This document shows, piece by piece, positions 28,686-37,497 of a DNA stretch of 64,000 nt (position 1 is the first letter of the stretch; every line of letters begins with the position of its first letter). The stretch comes from an uncultured bacterium. GTDB lineage: Bacteria > Krumholzibacteriota > Krumholzibacteriia > JACNKJ01. The DNA lies in the NCBI GenBank assembly GCA_964410395.1, contig CAYPGS010000009.1, forward strand, positions 6,038-70,037. The letters run 5' to 3'. The position numbers and the translations under genes were made by a program. The notes beneath the pieces were generated by a model that saw only the letters and a program-made list of their open reading frames with translations, searched no databases and was not told where the DNA came from.

Positions 28686-29374
28686 CCATGAGAATACTCA
28701 TCGCCGAGGACGACATGAACATCCGCAACGCCCTGGCGAAAATCTTTCGGGAGGAAGGCTACGAAACTCTGCTCGCGTCAACCGGGTCTGAAGCATTGCT
28801 GCTTTTCGAGACGGAAAAGCCGGATCTGGTCTGCCTGGACATCATGATGCCGAGTGTGAATGGCTATGATGTTTGCCGCGAAATTCGAAGGAAGGGTTCA
28901 AATGTTCCGGTCATCTTCATCAGCGCAAAGTCCGAGGAAATCGACAAGGTGCTTGGCCTGGAGTTGGGTGCCGATGATTTCATCGTGAAGCCATTCGGAC
29001 TTCGGGAAGTGATCGCCCGCGTTCGGGCCGTAAGTCGACGCTATCGCCTGGGCCCCTCTCTCGGCAAGGACCCTGCGCCTTTCCACATGGGCTCCCTTGA
29101 GGTCGCTCCCGCCGAGCTGAGAGCCTACCGAGATGGCCAGAGTATCGAACTCAGCCAGCGTGACATGGATATCCTCAAGATCCTTCATGATCAGCAAGGA
29201 CGGGTCGTCGATCGAGTAACATTGTTCCGGATAGCCTGGGGCCTGGACCACATTCCCACTAGCCGTACTTTGGACCAGCACATTTCCCAGTTAAGGAAGC
29301 GAATCGAGTTGGATCCGAAGAACCCGACTCTAATCAAGACGGTGCATGGAGTAGGCTATCGCTTTGAAGGCTGA
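28682..29374 (+). CDS. OmpR/PhoB-family response regulator (receiver + winged-helix)
   Basis: 230 aa; overlaps HK stop by 4 nt; receiver ILIAEDD...LDIMMP...; C-terminal ...TVHGVGYRFEG. Confidence 0.85.
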   Translation: MTMRILIAEDDMNIRNALAKIFREEGYETLLASTGSEALLLFETEKPDLVCLDIMMPSVNGYDVCREIRRKGSNVPVIFISAKSEEIDKVLGLELGADDFIVKPFGLREVIARVRAVSRRYRLGPSLGKDPAPFHMGSLEVAPAELRAYRDGQSIELSQRDMDILKILHDQQGRVVDRVTLFRIAWGLDHIPTSRTLDQHISQLRKRIELDPKNPTLIKTVHGVGYRFEG

Positions 29375-29381
29375 GAGCAGT

Positions 29382-30509
29382 TCAAAGGTGCTGGCTGCTC
29401 ATGACGCGAATCGTCATACCTGATTTGCGCAAGTCGTAGGGTTTCCTCACGTTGGGGCAGACTAGCAGGTTCTCACCCTCGGGATATGCCTCCCGGAAAA
29501 CGGAGAGCGCTCTCGCATCGAATGCATCGGGATTGACCTTCACCTCAATCGCGTCGACGGCCTTTCCCTTGGCCTTGACCACGAAGTCGATCTCTCGCTG
29601 ACTCTTGTCCCTCCAATAGTGGATGGCTTGACCAGGACGCGATACGCGCAGCTCGTCCAGCACCAGATGCTCCCAGAGCTGCCCCCTGTCCCCATCCCGC
29701 AGAGACTCCCATCCCCGGACATGAGCGACCAAACCCGTATCGAAGGCATAGACCTTGGGTTGACGGATTATCTCGCGATGCCCGCCGCCATGGAATGGCG
29801 GCACGCGGGTCAGCGCGTGCGCGATTTCCATCGCCTCCAGATGAGCCATCACAGTTTGACGACTCAAGCCGCTTTCCTTGGCGAGATCGCTGATCTCGAG
29901 CTGCCCCCCACTGCGGTGACAGACCAGGCGCAGGAGCTTTAGAAAACCACTTCGGTTACGCACACTGAACAGCTCCTGGATGTCTCTCGCAAAGAAACTG
30001 TCCATCCATTCTTCGAAGAAGCTTGGGTCGGGAGCGTCCGCGAGCAGCAATTCAGGAAAACCGCCGTGGAGGAGCCGCTTGTCGAAATCAGGCGGTCCGA
30101 ACTCGCCCTGGCACTCTCTCCAAAGCACCGGGGTCAACTGAACCGTATGCTTGCGGCCGCTGAGGCTGTCGCGGAATTTACTCGTCGCCTGCAAGGTCGA
30201 CGAGCCCGTGGCCAGTACCTTCAAGTGCGGGAACTCATCGGCAGCGATTTTCAGAACCGAGCTCGGATCCGCGATCCGATGAACCTCATCGAGGATCACG
30301 GGCCTGCCACCCGGCTGGCTCGAGAGGAAGAACTCGGGATCCTCCAATCGCCTCTGAGTTGAGGGGAGATCGCAGTTGAAGTAGATCGCCTCGGAAATCT
30401 GCTTGCACAGTGTGGTCTTTCCCACCCGGCGAGCGCCGGAGAGCCAGACGATGCTTCGCTTCTCCCAAAGGGCGTGGATTCGTTCGACCCATTGACTGCG
30501 TCTTTTCAT
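29382..30509 (-). CDS. AAA+ superfamily ATPase (COG1373-like, DUF4143-type)
   Basis: 375 aa; Walker A GARRVGKTT; Walker B VILDEVH; convergent with RR gene (7-bp gap). Confidence 0.65.
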   Translation of the reverse strand: MKRRSQWVERIHALWEKRSIVWLSGARRVGKTTLCKQISEAIYFNCDLPSTQRRLEDPEFFLSSQPGGRPVILDEVHRIADPSSVLKIAADEFPHLKVLATGSSTLQATSKFRDSLSGRKHTVQLTPVLWRECQGEFGPPDFDKRLLHGGFPELLLADAPDPSFFEEWMDSFFARDIQELFSVRNRSGFLKLLRLVCHRSGGQLEISDLAKESGLSRQTVMAHLEAMEIAHALTRVPPFHGGGHREIIRQPKVYAFDTGLVAHVRGWESLRDGDRGQLWEHLVLDELRVSRPGQAIHYWRDKSQREIDFVVKAKGKAVDAIEVKVNPDAFDARALSVFREAYPEGENLLVCPNVRKPYDLRKSGMTIRVMSSQHL

Positions 30510-30573
30510 ACACTGTACTTAGCAATGAGCCGGCCAAATGTAAAGTAGAAATGCATTTGGCGGCAAAGCAAAA

Positions 30574-30600
30574 GGGCCAAAAGCGCCTGGCTTTTGGCCC
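30574..30600 (-). terminator. terminator hairpin for ferritin gene (GGGCCAAAAG-7nt-CTTTTGGCCC, U-rich tail on minus strand)
   Basis: 10-bp perfect stem; minus-strand RNA continues TTTGCTTTG. Confidence 0.5.
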
Positions 30601-30627
30601 AATTGCTTGCTATTCAGCGAGTTAGCT

Positions 30628-31149
30628 TTACTCTTCCGCCATGACGGCGTTGATGTCGATGGCCGCCCGCGCGCCCAGCTCCTTGTCGATCATGTAGAGA
30701 CCGCTGCCGGAGTCGCCCACCATCTTGAGCTTCTGGATGATGCTCTTGGCCGTGGCTTCCTCCTCCACCTGCTCGCTCACGAACCACTGCAGGAAGACCT
30801 TCGCCGCGCGGTCGTTCTCGGCGTCGGCCAGGTCGGCAAGGGAATTGATGAGTGCGGTGACTTCCTGCTCGTGCTTGAGAGTCTCCTCGAAGACCTCGAG
30901 CACGCTGCTCCACTCGCTAGGCGGGGCGGGCAGTTCGTCGAGCACCACGCGGCCGTCGCGGTCGTTGATGAAGTTGAAGAACTTCATGGTGTGGGCCATC
31001 TCTTCCTGGGACTGCACGTACATCCAGTGGGCCAGGCCGTCCACATCCGCGGAGTAGAGATAGGCCGACATGGCCAGGTAGAGATAGGACGAGTACATCT
31101 CCGCGTTGAGCTGCTTGTTCAGTGCTTCTTCGAGCTTGGGACTCAGCAT
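30628..31149 (-). CDS. ftn: ferritin (non-haem, ferritin-like diiron)
   Basis: 173 aa; EEALNKQLNAEMYSSYLYLAMSAY...QEEMAHTMKF...EQVEEE typical ferritin ferroxidase-centre residues. Confidence 0.8.
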   Translation of the reverse strand: MLSPKLEEALNKQLNAEMYSSYLYLAMSAYLYSADVDGLAHWMYVQSQEEMAHTMKFFNFINDRDGRVVLDELPAPPSEWSSVLEVFEETLKHEQEVTALINSLADLADAENDRAAKVFLQWFVSEQVEEEATAKSIIQKLKMVGDSGSGLYMIDKELGARAAIDINAVMAEE

Positions 31150-31207
31150 CGGATCCTCCTCACGGTCGGTTTTCGCCCACGAATCTAGTCAGTCGAGGGA
31201 CGAATGT

Positions 31208-32467
31208 CTAGTCGCCCACCGTGTATCCCAGGGCCTCGATGGCGCCTCGGATCTGAGCCAGGTCGTAGCCATCGCCGCGGAAACGCGCCTCGCCTCCCTG
31301 CAGGTCGATCTCGACTTCCTTCACGCCCTGGCTCTCGCTCACTGCGCGCTTCACGCTACCCGCGCAGTGTTCGCAGGTCATTCCGTCGACCTTGAGGGTA
31401 ACGGCGTTTTCCATGATCGTCTCCTTCATGTCGGATTTCGTGATCCTCGGCCAGAGCAGGGCCAGCATCATCATGAAGACCAGGGCCCAGGCGCCGCCGG
31501 TCTTGAACCAGCCGGGCACGGTCTCGTGGTGATGGCCCATGGCGGGCATCCACTCGGCCTGCACCCAGTTCTGAGTGAAGAGGAAATCCAGAAGCAGTCC
31601 CGAGAGAATTGCGAACACCGCCACCACCAGCAGATAGACGATGGCCGAGCGCTTGCCGAGGATCTTCCAGACCGTGGCTAGGGTGGCCGTGTTGGTGGCC
31701 GGCCCGGTGATCAGGAAGACCAGTGCCGCGCCGGGCGAGATGCCCATGTGGATCATGGCCAGGGCCAGGGGCACCGAGCCCGTGGCGCAGACGTAGATGG
31801 GAATGCCCACCAGCATCATGACGATGAGCCCCAGGAAGCCCGAGCCCAGGGAATCGGCGAAGTAGTTGGCCGGGATGGCGGCGCTGATCACGGCGGCCAC
31901 CACCATGCCCACGATGAGGGCCTTGGCGATGTCCCGGGGCAGGGTGATGAAGCCGTAGACCAGAGCGTTCAGCCACCGATTGCCTTCCGTGGGCATCTCG
32001 CCGCAGCCGTCGTCGCAATCGGCCTCGGCCTTTACTGTCTCTCCGTTGGGATCGGTCTCCAGGGCCGAGACGGTGGTCCCTCCCAGCACGCCGGTGACAA
32101 GGGCGGCCAGGGGTCGGAAGATGGCGAAGATGGGGCCCAGGAGTCCCCAGGTGACCATGATGCTGTCCACGCCGGTCTGGGGCGTCGAGAGCAGGAAGCT
32201 CGTGGTCGAACCCCGGCTGGCGCCGTGCTGGCGCAGGGAGGCCGCCACGGGAATCACCCCGCAGGAGCACAGCGGCAGGGGAATGCCGAAGAGCGTGGCC
32301 TTCCAGATGGGCCCCTGGCCGCGTCCGCCCAGGTGCCGCTCGATGATCTGCGGGGAAATGAAGGCCGAAAGGGCTCCAGCCACGGCGAAGCCAAGGATCA
32401 GATAGATGGCCATCTCTTCCATGAGGTACCAGAACTCGCGGGGCACTTCGAGGAGGAAGTCGAGCAA
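31208..32467 (-). CDS. predicted permease (COG0701/DUF318-like, metal efflux-type) fused to C-terminal heavy-metal-associated (HMA) domain
   Basis: 419 aa multi-TM; C-terminal LKVDGMTCEHCAGSVKRAV...GYTVGD is a canonical MxCxxC HMA fold. Confidence 0.65.
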   Translation of the reverse strand: MLDFLLEVPREFWYLMEEMAIYLILGFAVAGALSAFISPQIIERHLGGRGQGPIWKATLFGIPLPLCSCGVIPVAASLRQHGASRGSTTSFLLSTPQTGVDSIMVTWGLLGPIFAIFRPLAALVTGVLGGTTVSALETDPNGETVKAEADCDDGCGEMPTEGNRWLNALVYGFITLPRDIAKALIVGMVVAAVISAAIPANYFADSLGSGFLGLIVMMLVGIPIYVCATGSVPLALAMIHMGISPGAALVFLITGPATNTATLATVWKILGKRSAIVYLLVVAVFAILSGLLLDFLFTQNWVQAEWMPAMGHHHETVPGWFKTGGAWALVFMMMLALLWPRITKSDMKETIMENAVTLKVDGMTCEHCAGSVKRAVSESQGVKEVEIDLQGGEARFRGDGYDLAQIRGAIEALGYTVGD

Positions 32468-32531
32468 GTGGGCTCCCTTCGCGGGGTGAACGTCACTCCC
32501 TCAATCTATGTAATTCCACCCGAGATGACAC

Positions 32532-32556
32532 AAAAAAACCGCCCCGGAGGACGGTT
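32532..32556 (-). terminator. intrinsic terminator after rplQ (end of alpha operon): hairpin CCGUCC-UCCG-GGGCGG + U7
   Basis: A7 run on plus strand at 32532-32538 preceded by GC dyad 32539-32555. Confidence 0.6.
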
Positions 32557-32579
32557 TCAAAACGGTTAAGGGGGTCCGT

Positions 32580-33110
32580 TTATTCGGTCTTCTCTTCTTC
32601 CTCGGCGGCTTCGGGAGCATCCGCTTCGGCCTCGACGGCTTCGTCTTCAGCTTCCGGCGCTTCGGCTTCCGGTTCGGTGGCAGCCATCTTGGGGGCGCCG
32701 CCGATGCGGGCCTCCAGGGGCTTCTTCTCGCGGCTGGGCTTGGGCGTGAAGTCCGCCTCCACCAGCTCGAGAATGGCCTGAGGCGCGTCGTCGCCCTTGC
32801 GGCGGGTGCCCAGCTTCATGATCCGCGTGTAGCCGCCGTTGCGCTCGGCGTAACGGGGACCGATCTCGGCGAAGAGCTTCTGCAGCACCTTCGGATCGTT
32901 GATGAAGCGCGCGGCCTGACGGCGCGAACCCAGATCGCCCTTCTTGGCGAAGGTGATCATCCGGTCGGTGAAACGACGGGCTTCCTTGGCGCGGGTCTCC
33001 GTGGTGGTGATGCGCTCGCCCGCGAGCAGGCTCGTCACCATGTTCCGGAGCATTGCGCGCCGGGCGGCCTTGCCGCGATTCAAACGATTTCCGCTGACTC
33101 GATGTCGCAT
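32580..33110 (-). CDS. rplQ: 50S ribosomal protein L17 with acidic C-terminal extension
   Basis: [29 protein letters not shown]... L17 signature; tail ...[33 protein letters not shown]. Confidence 0.9.
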   Translation of the reverse strand: MRHRVSGNRLNRGKAARRAMLRNMVTSLLAGERITTTETRAKEARRFTDRMITFAKKGDLGSRRQAARFINDPKVLQKLFAEIGPRYAERNGGYTRIMKLGTRRKGDDAPQAILELVEADFTPKPSREKKPLEARIGGAPKMAATEPEAEAPEAEDEAVEAEADAPEAAEEEEKTE

Positions 33111-33136
33111 GATTGCACTCTCTTCGTCGTCGGCGT

Positions 33137-34156
33137 CTAGCTGGTGACGCCCTCGATCTCCATGGGTTTCTCAGTCTCTTCCGAGCCCGAAAGGACGGCG
33201 CTGAGGTCCATGCCCCAGTGCAGGCCCATCCCTTCGAGGATCTCGGTGATTTCCTTGAGGCTCTTGCGACCGAAGTTCCGGTACTGGAGCATCTCGTTCT
33301 CGCTCTTGATCACCAGCTCGCCGATGCTGCGGATGTTCGCGGCCTTCAGGCAGTTGGCGCTGCGCACGCTGAGCTCCAGCTCGTCCACGCTGCGGTCCAG
33401 GGTGTCGCGCAGGCGCTCGATCTCCTCGTCCACTTCCTCGTCGGCCTCGTCGAGGGGTTCCTCGTCGAAGTTGATGAAGAGGTAGAGGTGATCCTTCACG
33501 ATCTTCGACGCGAAGCCCAGGGCCTCTTCCGGCGTGATGGCGCCGTTGGTCTCGATCTCGAGGATGAGGCGATCGTAGTCCGTGCGCTGGCCGACTCGGG
33601 TGTCCTCCACGCGGAAGTTCACCTTGGTCACCGGGCAGAAGATGCTGTCCACCGGCACCACGCCGATGCTGCTGTCGGGCAGCTCGTGGTTCTCGGCGAG
33701 CACGAAACCGCGGCCGTCGCCGATGAGGACCTCGGCCTTGATGGTCGCGCCCTCGTTGAGGTGGCAGATCACCTGGTCCTTGTTGACGATCTCCACCGCG
33801 GGATCCTGGGTGATGTCCGCGGCCGTGACCGGTCCGGGACCCTTGGCCTCGAGGTAGAGCTTGTGCCAGTGGTCGGCGTGCAGCCGGACCACCAGAGCCT
33901 TGAGATTCAGCACCACGTCGGTGACGTCCTCGAGCACACCCGGGATATTGGTGAACTCGTGCAGGGCGTCCTCGAACTTCACAGCCGTGACGGCAGCTCC
34001 CTGCAGGCTGCTGAGCAGGGTGCGACGCAGGGACGTGCCCAGCGTCTGACCGAAACCGCGCTCCAGAGGCTCGACGACGAAGCGAGTGAAGTACTGGCTC
34101 TCGTCTTCCTTCTGGACCTCTACGGTCTTCGGCATCAGAACGTTCTTCCACTTCAT
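33137..34156 (-). CDS. rpoA: DNA-directed RNA polymerase subunit alpha
   Basis: 339 aa; N- and C-terminal domain sequences ([16 protein letters not shown]...) typical of RpoA. Confidence 0.93.
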   Translation of the reverse strand: MKWKNVLMPKTVEVQKEDESQYFTRFVVEPLERGFGQTLGTSLRRTLLSSLQGAAVTAVKFEDALHEFTNIPGVLEDVTDVVLNLKALVVRLHADHWHKLYLEAKGPGPVTAADITQDPAVEIVNKDQVICHLNEGATIKAEVLIGDGRGFVLAENHELPDSSIGVVPVDSIFCPVTKVNFRVEDTRVGQRTDYDRLILEIETNGAITPEEALGFASKIVKDHLYLFINFDEEPLDEADEEVDEEIERLRDTLDRSVDELELSVRSANCLKAANIRSIGELVIKSENEMLQYRNFGRKSLKEITEILEGMGLHWGMDLSAVLSGSEETEKPMEIEGVTS

Positions 34157-34194
34157 ATGCGGAATTCCTCCCTCTCAGTCTAGTCCTGTCAGGC

Positions 34195-34824
34195 TTACTT
34201 CGAGTAGAGCTCGACGATCAGCTGCTCCTGAACCATGGTCGGGATCTCGGCCCGCTCGGGAACGCTGATGTAGGAGCCCTCGAACTTCGCGTCGTCGGTG
34301 CTGATGTAGCTGACGCGGCCGCGGCCGGTCGCGCTCTTCAGCGAGTCGACGATGAAGGGATTCTTACGACTCTTGTCCCGCAGGGTCACCACGTCGCCGG
34401 GCTTCACCTGGAAGCTGGGCACGTTGACGATGCGGCCGTTCACTTCGAAGTGGCGATGGGCAACAAGCTGGCGCGCCGCGTTGCGGCTGGGCGCGAAGCC
34501 CATGCGGTAGACCATGTTGTCCAGGCGGCCCTCGAGGAGCTGCAGCAGGTTGGTGCCGGTCACGCCCGTGCGGCGAGCGGCCTCCGCGAAGTAGTTGCGG
34601 AAGGGCTTCTCGAGCACGCCGTAGATGCGGCGGAGCTTCTGCTTCTCACGGAGCTGGAGTCCGAACTCGGAGGCCTTGCGGCGGCGTCCGCGTCCGTGCT
34701 GTCCGGGAGGATAGGGTCGCTTCTCGATGGCGCAGCGATCGCTGAAGCAGCGCTCGCCCTTCAGGAAGAGCTTGTCCCCCTCGCGCCGGCAGAGCTTGCA
34801 TTTCGCGTCGGTGTATCGGGCCAT
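34195..34824 (-). CDS. rpsD: 30S ribosomal protein S4
   Basis: MARYTDAKCKLCRREG...; start set at ATG complement 34822-34824 with AGGAGG SD (ORF-track start 34878 is an extension). Confidence 0.9.
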   Translation of the reverse strand: MARYTDAKCKLCRREGDKLFLKGERCFSDRCAIEKRPYPPGQHGRGRRRKASEFGLQLREKQKLRRIYGVLEKPFRNYFAEAARRTGVTGTNLLQLLEGRLDNMVYRMGFAPSRNAARQLVAHRHFEVNGRIVNVPSFQVKPGDVVTLRDKSRKNPFIVDSLKSATGRGRVSYISTDDAKFEGSYISVPERAEIPTMVQEQLIVELYSK

Positions 34825-34847
34825 TTGGCCTAAACCTCCTGATATAC

Positions 34848-35237
34848 CTAGTTGCGGCGCCGCTTGGTGGGACGGCATCCGTTATGGGGAACGCTGGTCT
34901 TGTCCTTGATGCCGGACACTTCGATGCCCGTGGCATGGATGGACCGAATCGCGGCTTCGCGGCCCGGGCCGGGACCCTTCAGGTGGATCTCGCAGCGGCG
35001 CAGGCCCGCGTTCATTGCGTCGCGAACGACCTTCTCGGCGGCGATCTGCGCGGCGAAGGGCGTGCTCTTACGGCTGCCCTTGTATCCCGCCGTGCCGGCG
35101 CTGCCCCAGGCGAAGACCTCGCCCTGGGTGTTCGTGACCGTGATGATCGTGTTATTAAAGCTGGACTTGATGTGCACCACGCCCACCGAGTCCATCTTCT
35201 TCGACTTTTTTCTCGTCGTCCTTCTTGGACCAGCCAT
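34848..35237 (-). CDS. rpsK: 30S ribosomal protein S11
   Basis: ...GVVHIKSSFNNTIITVTNTQGE... S11 signature. Confidence 0.93.
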   Translation of the reverse strand: MAGPRRTTRKKSKKMDSVGVVHIKSSFNNTIITVTNTQGEVFAWGSAGTAGYKGSRKSTPFAAQIAAEKVVRDAMNAGLRRCEIHLKGPGPGREAAIRSIHATGIEVSGIKDKTSVPHNGCRPTKRRRN

Positions 35238-35291
35238 GTTCCTCCTCAGAATTTCAAGCAGGCCGAAGCCCTAAACCCTGAAATCGGGGTT

Positions 35292-35663
35292 CTACTTCTT
35301 CTTTCCGCCGGGACGGGCCTTGGGGCCCTTCCGCGTGCGGGCGTTCGTCTTGGTTCGCTGTCCCCTGCAGGGCAGCCCTTTGCGGTGGCGGAGGCCGCGA
35401 TAGCAGCCGATGTCCATGAGACGCTTGATGTTCATGGACGTTTCGGTGCGAAGTGTACCTTCCGTCTTGTACTCCGCCTTGTTGAGCTCATCGCGAAGCA
35501 GAGCGTTCTGCTCCTCGGTGAGATCCTTCACGCGGATGCTCTCATCGATGCCGGTGGCCCCCAGGATCTTCTCGCTGGTGGTCCGGCCGACGCCGAAGAT
35601 GTAGGTCAACGCCACGACGATGCGCTTGTTGGCCGGAAGGTCTACGCCTTGAATTCGAGCCAA
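35292..35663 (-). CDS. rpsM: 30S ribosomal protein S13
   Basis: [26 protein letters not shown]... S13 signature. Confidence 0.93.
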   Translation of the reverse strand: MARIQGVDLPANKRIVVALTYIFGVGRTTSEKILGATGIDESIRVKDLTEEQNALLRDELNKAEYKTEGTLRTETSMNIKRLMDIGCYRGLRHRKGLPCRGQRTKTNARTRKGPKARPGGKKK

Positions 35664-35685
35664 AACCTATCCTCCTAGAGGTCCA

Positions 35686-35805
35686 TCAACCCTGGCGCTG
35701 CTTGTGCCGGGGATTCTTTTTGCAAATGACCCGCACAACTCCGTTGCGCCGGATCACCTTGCAGTGATCACACATCGGTTTGACCGAGGCTCGGACTTTC
35801 ATCAT
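35686..35805 (-). CDS. rpmJ: 50S ribosomal protein L36
   Basis: Unlisted small ORF translated by hand: [39 protein letters not shown] (zinc-ribbon CxxC...CxxxxH). Confidence 0.85.
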   Translation of the reverse strand: MMKVRASVKPMCDHCKVIRRNGVVRVICKKNPRHKQRQG

Positions 35806-35841
35806 TACCTCTCATTAGCGGTCCGGGCGGACCCGGTTACT

Positions 35842-36060
35842 CTACTTGTAGCGGTAGACGATTCTGCCCCGGGTCAGGTCATAGGGTGATAGTTCCACCG
35901 TGACCTTGTCTCCGGGCAGGATGCGAATCAGGTGCATCCTCATCTTGCCGGCCACGTGGGCCAGCACCGTGTGGTTGTTCTCCAGCTCAACGCGAAACAT
36001 GGCGTTGGACAGGGCCTCAACCACGGTTCCCTCTACCGATATGGCTCCTTGCTTTGCCAT
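35842..36060 (-). CDS. infA: translation initiation factor IF-1
   Basis: [41 protein letters not shown]... S1-like fold. Confidence 0.93.
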   Translation of the reverse strand: MAKQGAISVEGTVVEALSNAMFRVELENNHTVLAHVAGKMRMHLIRILPGDKVTVELSPYDLTRGRIVYRYK

Positions 36061-36074
36061 TCTCCTCCCGACCG

Positions 36075-36824
36075 TCAGTCCAGGAGCGTCAGGATTCTAG
36101 GTCCCTGCTCCGTTACCGCGACCGTGTGCTCGAAGTGGGCGGACAGCTTCCCGTCGGCTGTGACGACGGTCCACTCGTCTTCGAGAGTCTTCACCTTCTC
36201 GCCGCCGGCGTTCACCATCGGCTCGATGGCGAAGACCATTCCGGCCTTGAGCACGGGCCCCCGTCCGGGAGGTCCGAAGTTGGGGATCTGCGGCTCTTCG
36301 TGCAGCTTCGAGCCGATCCCGTGTCCAACCAGGTCCTTCACCACGGAGAAGCCGTGGGCTTCCACGTGCACCTGGATGGCGTTCGAAATGTCGCTCAGGT
36401 GCTTCCCGGGAACGCACTGCTCGATGCCCTTCTCCAGGCTTCGAAGCGTGACGTCCATGAGCCGGGCCGCCTCTTCGCTCACCGCCCCGACCTTGAAGGT
36501 CACGGCGGAGTCGGCCATCCAGCCATCTTTCTCGACACCCACGTCGATGCTCACCAGGTCGCCCTCATCCAGGACGCGCCCGTTGGGGATGCCGTGCACC
36601 ACCTCGTCATTCACGGAGATGCAGCTGTTGGCCGGGAAACCCATGTAGCCCTTGAAGGCGGGCCGGGCGCTCTCGCGCTCTATGGTTTCCCTGATGATCT
36701 CGTCCAAATCCTTCGTGGACGCTCCGGGCCGAACGGCTTCGCCGGCGGCGTCCAGGGCCCTGCGGAGAATCGTCCCCGCGGCGGCCATCTTGTCGATCTG
36801 TCCCTCGGTCTTGAGCGTGATCAC
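36075..36824 (-). CDS. map: type I methionine aminopeptidase
   Basis: Metal ligands in ...GHGIG..., ...FAIEPM..., ...HFEHT...; start assigned to GTG (complement 36822-36824, VITLKTEGQ...) overlapping adk stop; ORF-track extension to 37100 rejected. Confidence 0.85.
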   Translation of the reverse strand: MITLKTEGQIDKMAAAGTILRRALDAAGEAVRPGASTKDLDEIIRETIERESARPAFKGYMGFPANSCISVNDEVVHGIPNGRVLDEGDLVSIDVGVEKDGWMADSAVTFKVGAVSEEAARLMDVTLRSLEKGIEQCVPGKHLSDISNAIQVHVEAHGFSVVKDLVGHGIGSKLHEEPQIPNFGPPGRGPVLKAGMVFAIEPMVNAGGEKVKTLEDEWTVVTADGKLSAHFEHTVAVTEQGPRILTLLD

Positions 36825-37495
36825 GCCGACTGCTTCTCGCCGAACTGATCGCGCAGGATCGAGAAGATCGCGTCGGTCACCGTGTCGGGCGCCTGCGATC
36901 CGTCGATTTCCACCAGCTTGTCCCGATCGCGGAAGAAGCCGATGACCGGGGCCGTTTCCTTCTCGAAGACCTCCAGCCGACGCCGGATGGTCTCGGGGCG
37001 GTCGTCGTCCCGCAGGAAGTAGGCGCCGCCACACTTGGGGCACTCGCCTTCCTCGGAGATGTCCTCGCCCAGCTCGGCCGGGCTGAGGATGGCGCCGCAA
37101 TCCTTGCAGGTGCGACGCGAGCTGAGGCGCTTCACGACTTCCTCGGCGTCCACCTGGATGAGCACACCCAGATCCAGCTCACCCTCCATGCCTTCCAGAA
37201 GGCCTTCCAGGCCTTCGGCCTGCGCCACCGTGCGGGGGAATCCGTCGAGGATCCAACCCTTGGCGCAGTCGTCCTGGCGGAGGCGCTGATCCATCATCCC
37301 CAGGATGATTTCGTCGCTCACGAGTCCGCCGGACTCCATGATCTTGCTCGCGGCCTTGCCCAGGTCGCTTCCCGCGGCGATCTCGGCGCGGAGGATGTCC
37401 CCCGTGGAGATGTGCGCCAGCTGATAGCGATCCTTGATCTTGGCGGCCTGCGTTCCCTTGCCTGAACCGGGAGCACCCAGAAAGACCAGGTTCAC
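36821..37495 (-). CDS. adk: adenylate kinase (with zinc-finger LID: CKDCG...CPKCG)
   Basis: MNLVFLGAPGSGKGTQA... P-loop; Cys4 lid. Confidence 0.93.
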   Translation of the reverse strand: MNLVFLGAPGSGKGTQAAKIKDRYQLAHISTGDILRAEIAAGSDLGKAASKIMESGGLVSDEIILGMMDQRLRQDDCAKGWILDGFPRTVAQAEGLEGLLEGMEGELDLGVLIQVDAEEVVKRLSSRRTCKDCGAILSPAELGEDISEEGECPKCGGAYFLRDDDRPETIRRRLEVFEKETAPVIGFFRDRDKLVEIDGSQAPDTVTDAIFSILRDQFGEKQSA

Positions 37496-37497
37496 GG

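Noticed and set aside
25615-30600. Mobile element, integrase or transposase at the borders of the lower-GC island
   Set aside because: No transposase, integrase or tRNA-att features are present. Only a terminator lies on the left and a convergent AAA-ATPase gene on the right, so the island is reported as compositional evidence only.
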